From contig JACKII010000001.1 in assembly GCA_020638555.1 (NCBI GenBank), positions 1,287,829 to 1,351,828 on the forward strand: a stretch of DNA of 64,000 nucleotides, written 5' to 3'. The DNA is from Alphaproteobacteria bacterium. GTDB taxonomy: Bacteria; Pseudomonadota; Alphaproteobacteria; Bin95. Position 1 is the stretch's first letter, and every line of letters begins with the position of its first letter. The notes under the pieces are model-generated. The model was not told the origin of the DNA. It did no database searches and saw only the letters and a list, made by a program, of their open reading frames with translations. A program made the translations under genes and the position numbers. Of the stretch, positions 40,502-50,268 are shown one piece after another.

Positions 40502-41343
40502 CACGAATTGCTCCGGGCGAGCCATAAGCCACTGGCAATGATGAGGGCAGAGCCGCCCAAGGTCCAGACCGCCGGCACCTCGCCGAAGGCCAGCAAGGCA
40601 AACACGGCGGCATAGACCAGGGTGGAATAGAACAGCGGCGCCAGCAGGCTGGCCTCGCCCTCGCGCATGGCGGCGATCATCAACACCTGGCCGGTGACCG
40701 TGATGGCGCCGATCAGCGCGATCAGGCCGGCCTGCTCCCAGGTGGGCACGGCCCAGACGAAGGGCAGGATGGCGGCGGTGATCAGCAGGCCGCCGCCATT
40801 GGTGTAGACCATGGCCGTGCCGACGGCGTCGCGCTGGGCGACGAAGCGGGCGCAGGTCACTTCCACGCCCATGGCGAGCGCGGCGGCGAACGGCACCAGC
40901 GCCATGGCCTGGAACGTCTCCGGCGTCGGTCGCGTGATCAGCAGCGCGCCGGCAAAGCCCAGTGCGACCGCGCCCCAGCGCGCGCCGCGCACCCGCTCGC
41001 CGAGAAAGAGCGCCGCCAGCAGCAGGGCGAAGAACGGGCTCGCGTAGGAGATCGCGGTGACGTCGGCGACCGGCAGATGCGCGACGCCGATGAAGATGCA
41101 CGTGGCCGAGATCACGCCGCCGCCGGCGCGCAGCAGGTACATGGCCGGCACCGCCGAACGCGCCTCCGCATGCCGGGTTGCCAGCAGCGGCGCCACCAGC
41201 AGGAACCCGGCCAGATAGCGGCCGAAGGTGATCAGCAGCGGGTGGATCGGGTTTTCGGCCTGGGTTTCCGCCACCAGCCGCGCGACCACGTTGGTCGCGG
41301 CGAAGAAGGCGCAGGCGAGCAGCACAAGGAGAATGGGCCGCAT
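40501..41343 (-). CDS. EamA/DMT-family transporter
   Basis: 280 aa, 10 TM helices, duplicated EamA domains. Confidence 0.75.
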   Translation of the reverse strand: MRPILLVLLACAFFAATNVVARLVAETQAENPIHPLLITFGRYLAGFLLVAPLLATRHAEARSAVPAMYLLRAGGGVISATCIFIGVAHLPVADVTAISYASPFFALLLAALFLGERVRGARWGAVALGFAGALLITRPTPETFQAMALVPFAAALAMGVEVTCARFVAQRDAVGTAMVYTNGGGLLITAAILPFVWAVPTWEQAGLIALIGAITVTGQVLMIAAMREGEASLLAPLFYSTLVYAAVFALLAFGEVPAVWTLGGSALIIASGLWLARSNS

Positions 41344-41501
41344 GGGCGCCGACGGACCTTCCGCAGGAGTGAACCGCCCGAGAGCCTACCAGGGCGCCGC
41401 GCCAGGGGAAGCCCCCAAGTCCTCCACCCGTCAACCTTTCGGGAGGGCAAGGGGCGGGGTGGGGGCCGGGCGGAGGTCGGGCGGGTTGCCGGAACGCCGC
41501 G

Positions 41502-42392
41502 TCACGCGCGGGGGATGATGGCGCCGGGCGCCTGGATCACCCGCGCGGCGAGGCGCTGGCCGGCCATGGCGGCGGCCTCCGCCGGCTCTCCCGCCAGGCG
41601 GGCGGCGAGATAGGCGCCGTTGAAGGCGTCGCCGGCCGCGGTGGTGTCCACGACCGCCGCCACCGGCTCGGCCGCCAGCACCGTGCCATCGGACAGGTGG
41701 ACGCCGCGCGCACCGTCCTTCACCGCTGCCTCCTGCACGCCGAAGCTCTGCAACTGGCGCAGTGCTGCGGCCGGGGTGGCCGAGCCGAACACCGTGCGCA
41801 TGTCGTCCAGTCCCGGCAGGGCGATGGTGCTCCAGGCGAGCGCGATCTGCAGGGTGGAGGCGGCTTCGGCCAGGTCCTCCCACAATTGCGGGCGGTAATT
41901 GATGTCGAAGGCGACCTGGCCGCCGGCCTCCACCACTTCGCGCATGGCCTCGAACACGGCGAGCCGGCTTTCCACGTCCAGCACCGCCAGCGAAATGCCG
42001 GTCAGGTAGAGCCATTTCGCCTGGCGCAGGTCGGCCAGCGCGGCGGTCGCGTCGCGGCCGCGGAACAGGTCGCGATAGGGGGCGGCGTCGCGCCAGTAAT
42101 AGAAGCTGCGCTCGCCCAGGGCGTCGGTGGCGATCCAGTAGAGGCCGGGCACGCGGCCGGGTATGCGTCGGACCGCGTGGCAGTCGATGCCCTCGTCCCG
42201 CCAGGCATGGATCATATCGGCGCTGAACGGGTCGTCGCCCAAGGCCGTGACATAGCGCACGTCCGCGCCGCTGCGGGCGGCATAAATGGCCGTGTTGAGC
42301 GTATCGCCGCCGAAGGCCCGGACCGCCGTGCCGTCGGGGCGCTCCGAGAGTTCCAGCATGCATTCGCCGACACAGACGAGCGGATGGCGGGA
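41502..42392 (-). CDS. kdgK: PfkB-family sugar kinase, 2-dehydro-3-deoxygluconokinase-like
   Basis: MSRHPLVCVGECMLE..; DTTAAGDAFNGAYLAARL motif of the ribokinase/pfkB family; start chosen at the internal Met of the longer track ORF. Confidence 0.7.
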   Translation of the reverse strand, partial: SRHPLVCVGECMLELSERPDGTAVRAFGGDTLNTAIYAARSGADVRYVTALGDDPFSADMIHAWRDEGIDCHAVRRIPGRVPGLYWIATDALGERSFYYWRDAAPYRDLFRGRDATAALADLRQAKWLYLTGISLAVLDVESRLAVFEAMREVVEAGGQVAFDINYRPQLWEDLAEAASTLQIALAWSTIALPGLDDMRTVFGSATPAAALRQLQSFGVQEAAVKDGARGVHLSDGTVLAAEPVAAVVDTTAAGDAFNGAYLAARLAGEPAEAAAMAGQRLAARVIQAPGAIIPRA

Positions 42393-42498
42393 CATGGGAT
42401 CGGAGCCTTTCATCGCGAACGACGGTCTCCGGGCGAGGGCGCGCGGACAACCCGTAGGGACGGAAATACACGCGAACCGCCCCGGACAAAACCGGAAA

Positions 42499-42878
42499 CC
42501 CGACAGGCTTCTGTACCCCGGAGGTGGCGGCGCCGCCATCCGGGGCCGGTCGCGGCGAGCGAACACTGGCGCCTTGGGTGTTCGATGACGGCCACCGGTC
42601 CCGGATCGGCGCTCCGCCCCGTCCGGGAAACACCGGGCGCCTCAGGCGTCGGTGGCGCGAAAGGAGGGGCGGTCGCAGAACTGCCTCGCCCGACAGGCTT
42701 CTGTACCCCGGAGGTGGCGGAGCCGCCATCCGGGGCCGGTTGCGGCGAGCGAACACCGGCGCCTTGGGTGTTCGATGACGGCCGCCGGTCCCGGATCGGC
42801 GCTCCGCCCCGTCCGGGAAACACCTGGCGCCTCAGGCGTCGGTGGCGCGGAAAGAGGGGCGGTCCACCATGCGGGCCT
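42499..42878. repeat. tandem direct duplication (2 x ~176 bp, 190-bp period, about 96 % identical)
   Basis: copy 1 about 42499-42674, copy 2 about 42689-42864; copy 2 includes the last ~10 codons and stop of the GST gene, and copy 1 keeps a relic of the same codons (..DRPSFRATDA*). Confidence 0.85.
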
Positions 42879-43449
42879 GCCAGGCGGCCAGGCGCGGATG
42901 GGCCGTGCGCCAGTCCTCGCCGATGCGGCGGTCGTAGAAGTCCAGCGCCACGGCGACCAGGATGCGGCCGAGGCTGATCTCGCGCGCTTCCAGCGCGTCC
43001 GCCTGCGCCTCCAGGGCATCGAAGCAGCGGCTCTGCCGTTCGGTTTCGAGGGCGACGAAGCCGGGGGAGCGCTCGTTTTCCGGCCGCCGCCCTTCGCGGG
43101 TGCGCCAGGCGATCGAGTCGAGAAAGGCGTGGGCGAAGCCGTCCAGCGCCTTGTCCTGCCAGTAGGCGGGGTCGCCCTCCGGCTGCAACAGGGACGGGTT
43201 GCCCAGCCGGTTCAGATAGTCCGACACCGCCGTGGACTCGACCAGCACCAGCCCCTGGTGCGGTCCGTCCTCCACCACCAGGCACGGCACCTTGCCCGTG
43301 GCGCTGTGGGCCAGCACCTCGTTTTCGGCGGTGCGGAGCTGCGACGGCACTTCGGTGATCTGGCCGGACAGGCCCTGTTCGTGGGCAACGATGCGCGCCT
43401 TGCGGGCAAACGGAGAGGTCGGGGAGATATAAAGGGACATGCGGGGCAT
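42832..43449 (-). CDS. glutathione S-transferase (possible GSH-dependent maleylpyruvate isomerase)
   Basis: MSLYISPTSPFARKARIVAHEQGL thioredoxin-like GST N-domain; immediately downstream of gentisate 1,2-dioxygenase. Confidence 0.7.
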   Translation of the reverse strand: MPRMSLYISPTSPFARKARIVAHEQGLSGQITEVPSQLRTAENEVLAHSATGKVPCLVVEDGPHQGLVLVESTAVSDYLNRLGNPSLLQPEGDPAYWQDKALDGFAHAFLDSIAWRTREGRRPENERSPGFVALETERQSRCFDALEAQADALEAREISLGRILVAVALDFYDRRIGEDWRTAHPRLAAWQARMVDRPSFRATDA

Positions 43450-43475
43450 GGGGGTTCGCCTTTGCGATCGGAGGG

Positions 43476-44522
43476 TCAGGGGGTGTTGCCGCGGTCCTCG
43501 CGCCAGAGGTCGAGCTTTTCCTGCACGACCCGGTCGGAGAAGCCGAAGACGACGGCGTCGGTGCGGGCGCGGTGGCGGCGCCAGGCCCAGCTGGGCGCGA
43601 CCAGGACGTCGCCCGGGCCCCAGCGGAAGGTCTCGCCGCCGATCTCGCTCTCGCCCTCGCCCTCGGCCACGCAGAACACGGTGGCGTCGGTGGCGCGATA
43701 GGGCCGGGTCTCGAAGCCGGCGTCGAAGGCCTGGAGATAGGCGGCCATGGTTGGCATGGCGTGGCCGCCGGTCAACGGGTTGACATAGCGCAGGCGCCGG
43801 CCGTGGCAGGCATCCAGCGGCGCGGCGGCAACCGCGGCCTTGGAGCGGTCGTAAGGGTAGTGGAACACCGGCGAGGTCTGGCCCGGCGGGGTTTCGTCCG
43901 GCAGCATGGCGCTGCCATAGCGGGCCAGGCTCGCGCCCGGCGGCTCGGTCGGGGTGCGCGCCTTCTCGGCCGAGCGTTCGGCAAAGCTGGTGTCCAGCAA
44001 CTGGATCATCGGAATGTCGAGGCCATCGAGCCAAACCACCGGCCCGTCGCCCAGATTGCCGTGGTCGTGCCAGCCCCAGGTGGGCGTGATGACGAAGTCG
44101 CCGGGCCGCATCGTGACCCGCTCGCCCGCCACCGTAGTGTAGCCGCCCTCGCCCTCGATCAGGAAGCGCAGCGCCGTCTGGGCGTGGCGATGGGCCGGCG
44201 CGATCTCGCCCGGCAGCACCAGTTGCAGGCCGGCATAGAGCGAGGTGGTGGCGCGGCTCAGGCCGGCCAGGCCCGGGTTTTCCAGCACCAGCACCCGCCG
44301 CTCGGCTTCCTCGGCCGAGATGATGGCGCCGGAGGCGAGCACGTGCGGCCGCACGGCCGGATAGGACCAGTGCACCGGCCGGCAGCCGGACTGCGGCTCC
44401 GGCGTGATCAGGCCGGCCATCACCTCCCAGAGCGGGGTCAGCGACTGGGGCCGGATCGTGTCGTAGAACGCGGCGCGCTCGGCCGCGGTGTCGGCGGGAG
44501 GAGTGTCGGCGGGTGGGGCCAT
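43476..44522 (-). CDS. gentisate 1,2-dioxygenase (bicupin)
   Basis: 348 aa; two cupin motifs (PGEIAPAHRHAQTALRF..WHDHGN and LTGGHAMPTMAAYLQAF); start at the internal Met MAPPADTPP of the 736-aa track ORF. Confidence 0.8.
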   Translation of the reverse strand: MAPPADTPPADTAAERAAFYDTIRPQSLTPLWEVMAGLITPEPQSGCRPVHWSYPAVRPHVLASGAIISAEEAERRVLVLENPGLAGLSRATTSLYAGLQLVLPGEIAPAHRHAQTALRFLIEGEGGYTTVAGERVTMRPGDFVITPTWGWHDHGNLGDGPVVWLDGLDIPMIQLLDTSFAERSAEKARTPTEPPGASLARYGSAMLPDETPPGQTSPVFHYPYDRSKAAVAAAPLDACHGRRLRYVNPLTGGHAMPTMAAYLQAFDAGFETRPYRATDATVFCVAEGEGESEIGGETFRWGPGDVLVAPSWAWRRHRARTDAVVFGFSDRVVQEKLDLWREDRGNTP

Positions 44523-44692
44523 GGGGCGGCGGGCCTCCCTCGCGGGGGGGTGGGAACAGGTGGTCAGCCTATCAGACCGAAACCGGATGCGGTAGCGCCG
44601 CGTTGGCCAGCCCGTTACCGGATTCGGGTCGGCGGACTTCGCCAAAATCGCCACGGGTTCCGTGGGATAAGGCCGTGGCGATGCCGGCCCTT

Positions 44693-47600
44693 TCAATGAA
44701 AATCCCGCGACGGCACCGGAAACCGCTTGCGGCCTTGCTCCGGCCGGACCGCCGTATCGGCGGGGGTGGGTGGGCCGTCCAGGTCGCCGAGCCAGTGCGA
44801 GCGGTCCTCCAGGCGCTCGGCCACCACGTGGATCACCAGCCCCTCGCGCTGCAACCGCCCCCGCACCCACAGCAGCCGCGCGCCCATGACGATGGCCCGG
44901 TGCGCCTCGAACACTTTCGGCCAGACGATGACGTTGGCGATGCCGGTTTCGTCCTCCAGGGTCGCGAAGATCACGCCCTTGGCGCTGCCCGGCCGCTGCC
45001 GCACCAACACCAGGCCGGCGACGGTCACCGGACGGTCCGCCGGCAGGTGCGGCAGGCGGTTGCTCGGCGCGGCTTCGGGCAGGCGCGGGCGCAGCAGCGC
45101 CAGCGGATGCCGGCGCAGCGTCAGGCGCTGGCGGCGATAGTCCTCCGCCACCTGCTCGCCCAGGCTGGCCTCGGGCAGAAGCACCGCCGGCTCCGCCCGG
45201 CCCTCGCCGGCGGCGGCGAACAGCGGCAGGTCCTCGACCGACGGCGGCAGCGCCCGCACGGCCCAGAGCGCCTGCCGGCGGTTCAGCCCCAGCGAGCCGA
45301 ACGCATCCGCCTCCGCCAGGCGTTCCAGCGCGGCGGCGGAGAGCCCCGCCCGCGCCCGCAGCTCCGCGACCGCGCCATAGCCGCCGGCGGGCCGCGCCGC
45401 CACCAGGGCGGCGGCATCCGCCTCGCGCAGCCCCTTGATCTGCCGCAGCCCCAGCCGCAACGAGCGCTCCGGCCGGGCCGCGGTCACGCCCCAGCCGATT
45501 GAGCCCCGTGCCGGCCCCGGCCCGGCGCCGGGCTCCAGCGTGCAGTCCCAATCGCTGGCGTTGGCATCCGCCGGCAGCACGCGCACGCCGTGTTCGGCCG
45601 CATCGCGCACGATCTGCGCCGGGGCGTAGAAGCCCAGCGGCTGGCTGTTCAGCAGGGCGGCCGCGAACACTTCCGGATAATGGCATTTCAGCCAGGACGA
45701 GACATAGACCAGCAGGGCGAAACTGGCCGCATGGCTTTCGGGAAAGCCGTAAGTGCCGAAGCCCTCGATCTGCTTGAAGCAGCGCTCGGCAAAGTCGCGG
45801 TCATAGCCGCGCGCGACCATGCCGCCGACCATCTTGTCGTAGAATTTGCCGATGTCGCCGCCGCGTTTGAACGTGGCCATGGCCCGGCGCAGCCGGTCGG
45901 CCTCGTCCGGGGTGAAGCCGGCGGCGACGATGGCGATCTTCATCGCCTGTTCCTGGAACAGCGGCACGCCCAGGGTCTTGCCCAGCACCCGTTCCAGGTC
46001 CGGCGAGGGGAATTCCACCTTCTCCCGGCCCTCGCGCCGGCGCAGATAGGGGTGGACCATGTCGCCCTGGATCGGCCCGGGCCGGACGATGGCGACCTCG
46101 ATCACCAGATCGTAGAAATTGCGCGGCTTCAGGCGGGCCAGCATCGACATCTGCGCCCGGCTTTCCACCTGGAACGTGCCGAGGGAATCGGCGCGCGACA
46201 GCATTTCATAGGTGGCCCAGTCGCCCTCCGGCAGGCTGGCAAGGCCCAGGTCGCGGCCATAGTCGGTGCGCAACAGGTCGAACGCCTTGCGCACGCAGGT
46301 CAGCATGCCGAGGCCCAGCACATCCACCTTCAGAATGCCGAGCGCGTCGATGTCGTCCTTGTCCCATTCGATCACCGTGCGCTCGGCCATGGCGGCGTTC
46401 TCGACCGGCACCAGCGCCTCCAGGCTGTCGCGGGCGATGACGAAGCCGCCGGTGTGCTGCGAGAGATGGCGCGGAAAGCCCATCAGCTCGCGCGCCAGCG
46501 TCAGGGTCAGGGCGATGCGCCGGTCGGTCGGGTCCAGGCCGGCCTCGGCCACGCGCTGTTCCACCACGTCGGTGTCGTGCGAGCCCCAGAGGCGGCCGCC
46601 GATCGCGCCCACCGTGTCCGGCGACAGGCCCATGGCCTTGCCCACATCGCGCAGCGCGCCGCGGCCGCGATAGGTGACGACCGTCGCCGTCAGCCCGGCC
46701 CGGTCGCGGCCATAGCGGCGATAGAGATACTGGATCACCTCCTCGCGCCGTTCGTGCTCGAAATCGACGTCGATGTCCGGCGGCTCGTCGCGGGCGGCGG
46801 AGACGAAGCGCTCGAACAGCAGGTCGATGCGCGCCGGATCGACCGCGGTCACGCCCAGGCAGTAGCACACGGCCGAATTCGCCGCCGAGCCCCGCCCCTG
46901 GCAGAGAATGCCCTGGCTGCGGGCAAAGCGGACGATGTCGGTGACCGTCAGGAAATAGGGCGCATAGCCCAGCGTCTCGATCAGGCGCAGCTCGCCCGCG
47001 ATGGCATCCGTCACCTTGGCCGGCACGCCCGCCGGATAGCGCCGGGCCGCGCCCTCGCGGGTCAGGCGGGCCAGGGTCTGCTGGGCGGTCTCGCCTGCGA
47101 CCAGGATTTCCGCCGGGTATTCGTAGCGCAGTTCGTCCAGCGAGAAGGTACAGCGCTCCGCCAACGTCCGCGTGTGGGCGAGCGCCTCCGGCCGTTCGCG
47201 GAACAGGCGGGCCATTTCCGCCGGCGGTTTCAGGTGGCGCTCCGCATGGGCGGCCAGAAGGAAGCCGGCCCGGTCGATGGGGGTGCGGTGGCGGATGCAG
47301 GCCAGCACGTCCGCCAGTGGCTTGCGGCCGGGGGCATGCATCAGCGGCCGGTTGGTCGCCAAGAGCGGCAGCCGGTGCCGGTCCGCCAGTGCTGCGTCCC
47401 CTGCCAAGCCGTCGCTGCCGTCGAAGCGCGGATGCGTGGCGAGATAGAGGTTATGGCCCAGTTCGCCCTTCAGCCGCGCCGCCAGCGCATCGGCGTCGTC
47501 CGCGGCGGGGATCGTCTCCGGCAGCAGGGCGAGTGCCAGCCCTTCGGCCTGCTCCAGCATGTCGGCGAGGTCGAGCCAGCAGGCACCCTTCGGCGCCCGC

Positions 47601-47953
47601 CGCCGGCCGCGGCTGATCAGGCGCGAGAGGCGGGCATAGGCGGCGCGGTCCTCGGGCCAGGCGAGCAGGCTCGGCCCGTCCGGCGGTCGCGGCCGCTGGT
47701 CCGGACCCAGCGGTTTGGCCGCGTAAGCCGCCACGTCCCGCACCAGGTCCAGCCGGGCGCCGACCACATAGCGCAGCCCCGCCCGCCGGGCCGCCACATG
47801 GCCGCGCACCACGCCGGCCAGGCTGTTGCGGTCGCAGATCGCCAGCGCCGAAAGCCCGAGCGCCGCCGCGGCCACGGCCAGTTCGTCCGGGTGCGAGGCG
47901 CCTTCCAGGAAGCTGAAATTGCTCTGCGCGCCGAGTTCGGCATAGGCGGCCAT
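44693..47953 (-). CDS. dnaE2: error-prone DNA polymerase DnaE2 (ImuC)
   Basis: 1086 aa; PHP domain MAAYAELGAQSNFSFLEGASHPDEL; polymerase III alpha core; OB fold. Confidence 0.92.
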   Translation of the reverse strand: MAAYAELGAQSNFSFLEGASHPDELAVAAAALGLSALAICDRNSLAGVVRGHVAARRAGLRYVVGARLDLVRDVAAYAAKPLGPDQRPRPPDGPSLLAWPEDRAAYARLSRLISRGRRRAPKGACWLDLADMLEQAEGLALALLPETIPAADDADALAARLKGELGHNLYLATHPRFDGSDGLAGDAALADRHRLPLLATNRPLMHAPGRKPLADVLACIRHRTPIDRAGFLLAAHAERHLKPPAEMARLFRERPEALAHTRTLAERCTFSLDELRYEYPAEILVAGETAQQTLARLTREGAARRYPAGVPAKVTDAIAGELRLIETLGYAPYFLTVTDIVRFARSQGILCQGRGSAANSAVCYCLGVTAVDPARIDLLFERFVSAARDEPPDIDVDFEHERREEVIQYLYRRYGRDRAGLTATVVTYRGRGALRDVGKAMGLSPDTVGAIGGRLWGSHDTDVVEQRVAEAGLDPTDRRIALTLTLARELMGFPRHLSQHTGGFVIARDSLEALVPVENAAMAERTVIEWDKDDIDALGILKVDVLGLGMLTCVRKAFDLLRTDYGRDLGLASLPEGDWATYEMLSRADSLGTFQVESRAQMSMLARLKPRNFYDLVIEVAIVRPGPIQGDMVHPYLRRREGREKVEFPSPDLERVLGKTLGVPLFQEQAMKIAIVAAGFTPDEADRLRRAMATFKRGGDIGKFYDKMVGGMVARGYDRDFAERCFKQIEGFGTYGFPESHAASFALLVYVSSWLKCHYPEVFAAALLNSQPLGFYAPAQIVRDAAEHGVRVLPADANASDWDCTLEPGAGPGPARGSIGWGVTAARPERSLRLGLRQIKGLREADAAALVAARPAGGYGAVAELRARAGLSAAALERLAEADAFGSLGLNRRQALWAVRALPPSVEDLPLFAAAGEGRAEPAVLLPEASLGEQVAEDYRRQRLTLRRHPLALLRPRLPEAAPSNRLPHLPADRPVTVAGLVLVRQRPGSAKGVIFATLEDETGIANVIVWPKVFEAHRAIVMGARLLWVRGRLQREGLVIHVVAERLEDRSHWLGDLDGPPTPADTAVRPEQGRKRFPVPSRDFH

Positions 47954-47969
47954 CGCACCCCGTCCCGGC

Positions 47970-48395
47970 TTATGCCGTCACCACGTCGCGCAGATGGCAG
48001 ACCAGCGGCCCGGCCTCCGTGCCCTTCACCGCCGCCAGCAGGCGGGCGTCGACCGTCACCATGCGGCCGGCCACGTGCTGGGCGCAGGCGATGTAGAAAC
48101 AGTCGTAGGACGGATGGGCGAGCCGGCGGCTCCACTGCCAGGCCGGCTCCGCCAGGTCGACGCCGGCGACGAGGCGGCGCAGGATCAGCGGCAGGGCGGC
48201 GGCGATCTGCCGGGCATAGTCCTCGGCCAGGTCGTCCTGCTGCCAGCGCTTCCAGAGCAGGTTGGTCAGTTCCGGCACGATCAGGTCCGGCGCGTACAGG
48301 GGCCGGTCGATCTCCAGCAACCGCATGGCCCGATCGCTGCCCGGTTCGGGAAAGAACCATTTCGCGGCAATGCTGGCGTCGACGACGAAGCTCAC
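47970..48395 (-). CDS. vapC: PIN-domain toxin VapC
   Basis: 141 aa; acidic catalytic residues at FVVDAS (D6), VPELTNLL (E), YDCFY (D), TVDARL (D). Confidence 0.85.
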   Translation of the reverse strand: MSFVVDASIAAKWFFPEPGSDRAMRLLEIDRPLYAPDLIVPELTNLLWKRWQQDDLAEDYARQIAAALPLILRRLVAGVDLAEPAWQWSRRLAHPSYDCFYIACAQHVAGRMVTVDARLLAAVKGTEAGPLVCHLRDVVTA

Positions 48396-48625
48396 CGTCC
48401 GCGGCCCTCCCGGACCAGGGCGGTGCTGTCGCCGAACCGGCGGGGACCGGCCAGGGCGCGGATGCGCTGGCTGATGCGGGCGAAGTCGGCGGGCGGCGGC
48501 GCGGCCGCGGCATCGGTCAGCAGCGCGCGCAGTTCCGCTTCCAGCGAGCGGTTGTGGCGCCGGGCCTGCGCCCTCAGACGCTCGGCAACCGCGTCGTCCA
48601 GGTTGCGGATGGTGATCGTGGCCAT
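48392..48625 (-). CDS. vapB: ribbon-helix-helix antitoxin VapB (FitA/Arc-like)
   Basis: 77 aa; MATITIRNLDDAVAERLRAQARRHNRSLEAELRALL; 4-nt ATGA overlap with vapC; AGGGAG ribosome-binding site upstream. Confidence 0.75.
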   Translation of the reverse strand: MATITIRNLDDAVAERLRAQARRHNRSLEAELRALLTDAAAAPPPADFARISQRIRALAGPRRFGDSTALVREGRGR

Positions 48626-48663
48626 GGTGTTCGGCTCCCTTGTCTTTATTCCTATGATCGAGC

Positions 48664-50229
48664 TCACCCGAAAATGCCGTGCACGAACCAGCCGGGTTTC
48701 GGCTTCCCGTCGGTTCCGCCCGCTCCCGCGCCGTCGTACAGCCCCTGGCGGAACACCCAGAGCCGCTGGCCGGCGGCGTTCTCCACCCGGTAATAGTCGC
48801 GGGTGCGGCGGGCGAGGGGGGCGGCCGGGTCGTCCGGCGGTGCCTCGCGCCACCATTCCGGCGTCAGCCGTTGCGGACCCTCGCCGCGGACGATGCGGTG
48901 CAGCACCTTGCCCCAGCGGATCGCGGCGGGCGGATAGTCCGGCAGCAGCGCCGTCGCCTCCACCGGCTCCGGCCGGGCCAGCAGGCGCAGCGGCAGCACC
49001 TCGCCCGGCGGCGGCTGCCAGTCGGCCCAGCGCGCCGCCACCTCCGCCGCCGCGTGGTGCAGGGCCGGCAGCGGTTCGACCCGCCGTTCCGGCAGGTGGC
49101 TGGTCACCGGCGCCATCCACCGCACCCGTTCCGGCCCCAGCCGCTGGCTGAGGCGGTCGATCAGCGCCGCCATGGCATCGTCCGTCGCGGCCCGGTCCTG
49201 CCAGAACCCGCATTCCGTCGGGGCGAGGCGTTCGGTTTCCGGCGCGCTCAGCACCAGGGTTTCGATGCCGAAGCCCAGGTCGCAGCCCTCCAGTTGCCCT
49301 TCCAGCAGGCGCAGCAGACGCGCCGGCTGGCGCACCGGCCGGCTGGTGCGCGCGGTGGCCCGGTGCACCCGGCCATCCATGGCATAGCAGGCCAGTTCCA
49401 GCCGTCGCGCGCCGCTCTCCGCCGTTTCCAACTGCCGGCAGAGTTCCGCCAGCAGCCGGTCGACGACGGCGCTCAGATCCTCCGCCCGGATCAGCGGTTC
49501 GGCCTCGTCCCGGCGCAGGCGGAAGGGCGGCGGCGGGTGGCGGGCCGCCAGCGATTCCGCCGTCCGTCCCAGCGCCTGGTCCAGCCGGCGCAGCAGTTGC
49601 GCGCCGAAGCGCCGGGCGAGCGGCGCCCGCGGCAGGCCGGCCACGTCGCCGATGCGCCGCAGGCCCACCTGCGCCAGGTCCGCCACCGTTGCCGCCGGCA
49701 GGCGCAGCGCGGCGAGCGGCAGCGGTGCCAGGGATTGCCGCAGCGCCGCCGATCCGCCCGGTGCAGTCCATGCCCGGCCATAGCGGGCCAGGGCCCAGGC
49801 CGCGCCCGGCGTTTCCGCCATCGCCGCCCGCGCCTCGAAGCCGAAGCCCTCCAGCCGCGCCAGCAGGTCGTCGCGCAATGCCGCCTCGCCGCCGAACAGG
49901 TGGTCGCAGCCGGTCGTGTCCAGCAGCAGCCCGTCCGCGCCGTCCAGCGCCAGCAGCGGCGTGTAGCGCTCGCACCAGTCGGCGAGCCGGCCAAGGCCGC
50001 GCAACTCCCGCAGCGGGTTGGCCGGGTGGGTTCGCAGCGCGGGGTGCAGCGCCCGCGCATCCGCCAGCGTCATGCCGGCGGCGATGCCCAACGCCGCCGC
50101 CGCGGCGTTGGCGGCGGCCACGCGCGGCACGCCGGCCGTCTCCGCCAGGGTGGCGAGCGGCTCCACCGTTCGGCCCAGCCGGTCGGTGGCGAACCGGGGC
50201 AGCCAGAGCGAGAGATAGCGTCGGCTCAT
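48664..50229 (-). CDS. imuB: Y-family-like mutagenesis protein ImuB
   Basis: MSRRYLSLWLPRFATDRL N-terminus typical of ImuB; 521 aa; start taken at the second Met of the track ORF. Confidence 0.85.
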   Translation of the reverse strand: MSRRYLSLWLPRFATDRLGRTVEPLATLAETAGVPRVAAANAAAAALGIAAGMTLADARALHPALRTHPANPLRELRGLGRLADWCERYTPLLALDGADGLLLDTTGCDHLFGGEAALRDDLLARLEGFGFEARAAMAETPGAAWALARYGRAWTAPGGSAALRQSLAPLPLAALRLPAATVADLAQVGLRRIGDVAGLPRAPLARRFGAQLLRRLDQALGRTAESLAARHPPPPFRLRRDEAEPLIRAEDLSAVVDRLLAELCRQLETAESGARRLELACYAMDGRVHRATARTSRPVRQPARLLRLLEGQLEGCDLGFGIETLVLSAPETERLAPTECGFWQDRAATDDAMAALIDRLSQRLGPERVRWMAPVTSHLPERRVEPLPALHHAAAEVAARWADWQPPPGEVLPLRLLARPEPVEATALLPDYPPAAIRWGKVLHRIVRGEGPQRLTPEWWREAPPDDPAAPLARRTRDYYRVENAAGQRLWVFRQGLYDGAGAGGTDGKPKPGWFVHGIFG

Positions 50230-50253
50230 TTTGTTCCTCCTGCCGGGCATTAA

Positions 50254-50268
50254 GTTCTATATATGTTC
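50254..50268. promoter_or_regulatory. alphaproteobacterial LexA (SOS) box GTTC-N7-GTTC
   Basis: GTTCTATATATGTTC, a perfect direct repeat, about 30 bp upstream of the imuB start on the minus strand. Confidence 0.6.

Noticed and set aside
39123-40613. 496-aa minus ORF overlapping the D-cysteine desulfhydrase-family gene
   Set aside because: It is in an alternative frame of a gene with clear PLP-enzyme motifs. Its translation is Arg/Pro/Gly-rich with no motifs.
42499-42878. 190-bp tandem repeat considered as an IS element or MITE
   Set aside because: No terminal inverted repeats, target-site duplication or transposase. The content is ordinary GST 3'-end plus intergenic sequence, so it is called a tandem duplication.
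45590-48793. 1067-aa plus-strand ORF over dnaE2 and vapBC
   Set aside because: Antisense artefact. The minus strand encodes canonical DnaE2 and VapBC.
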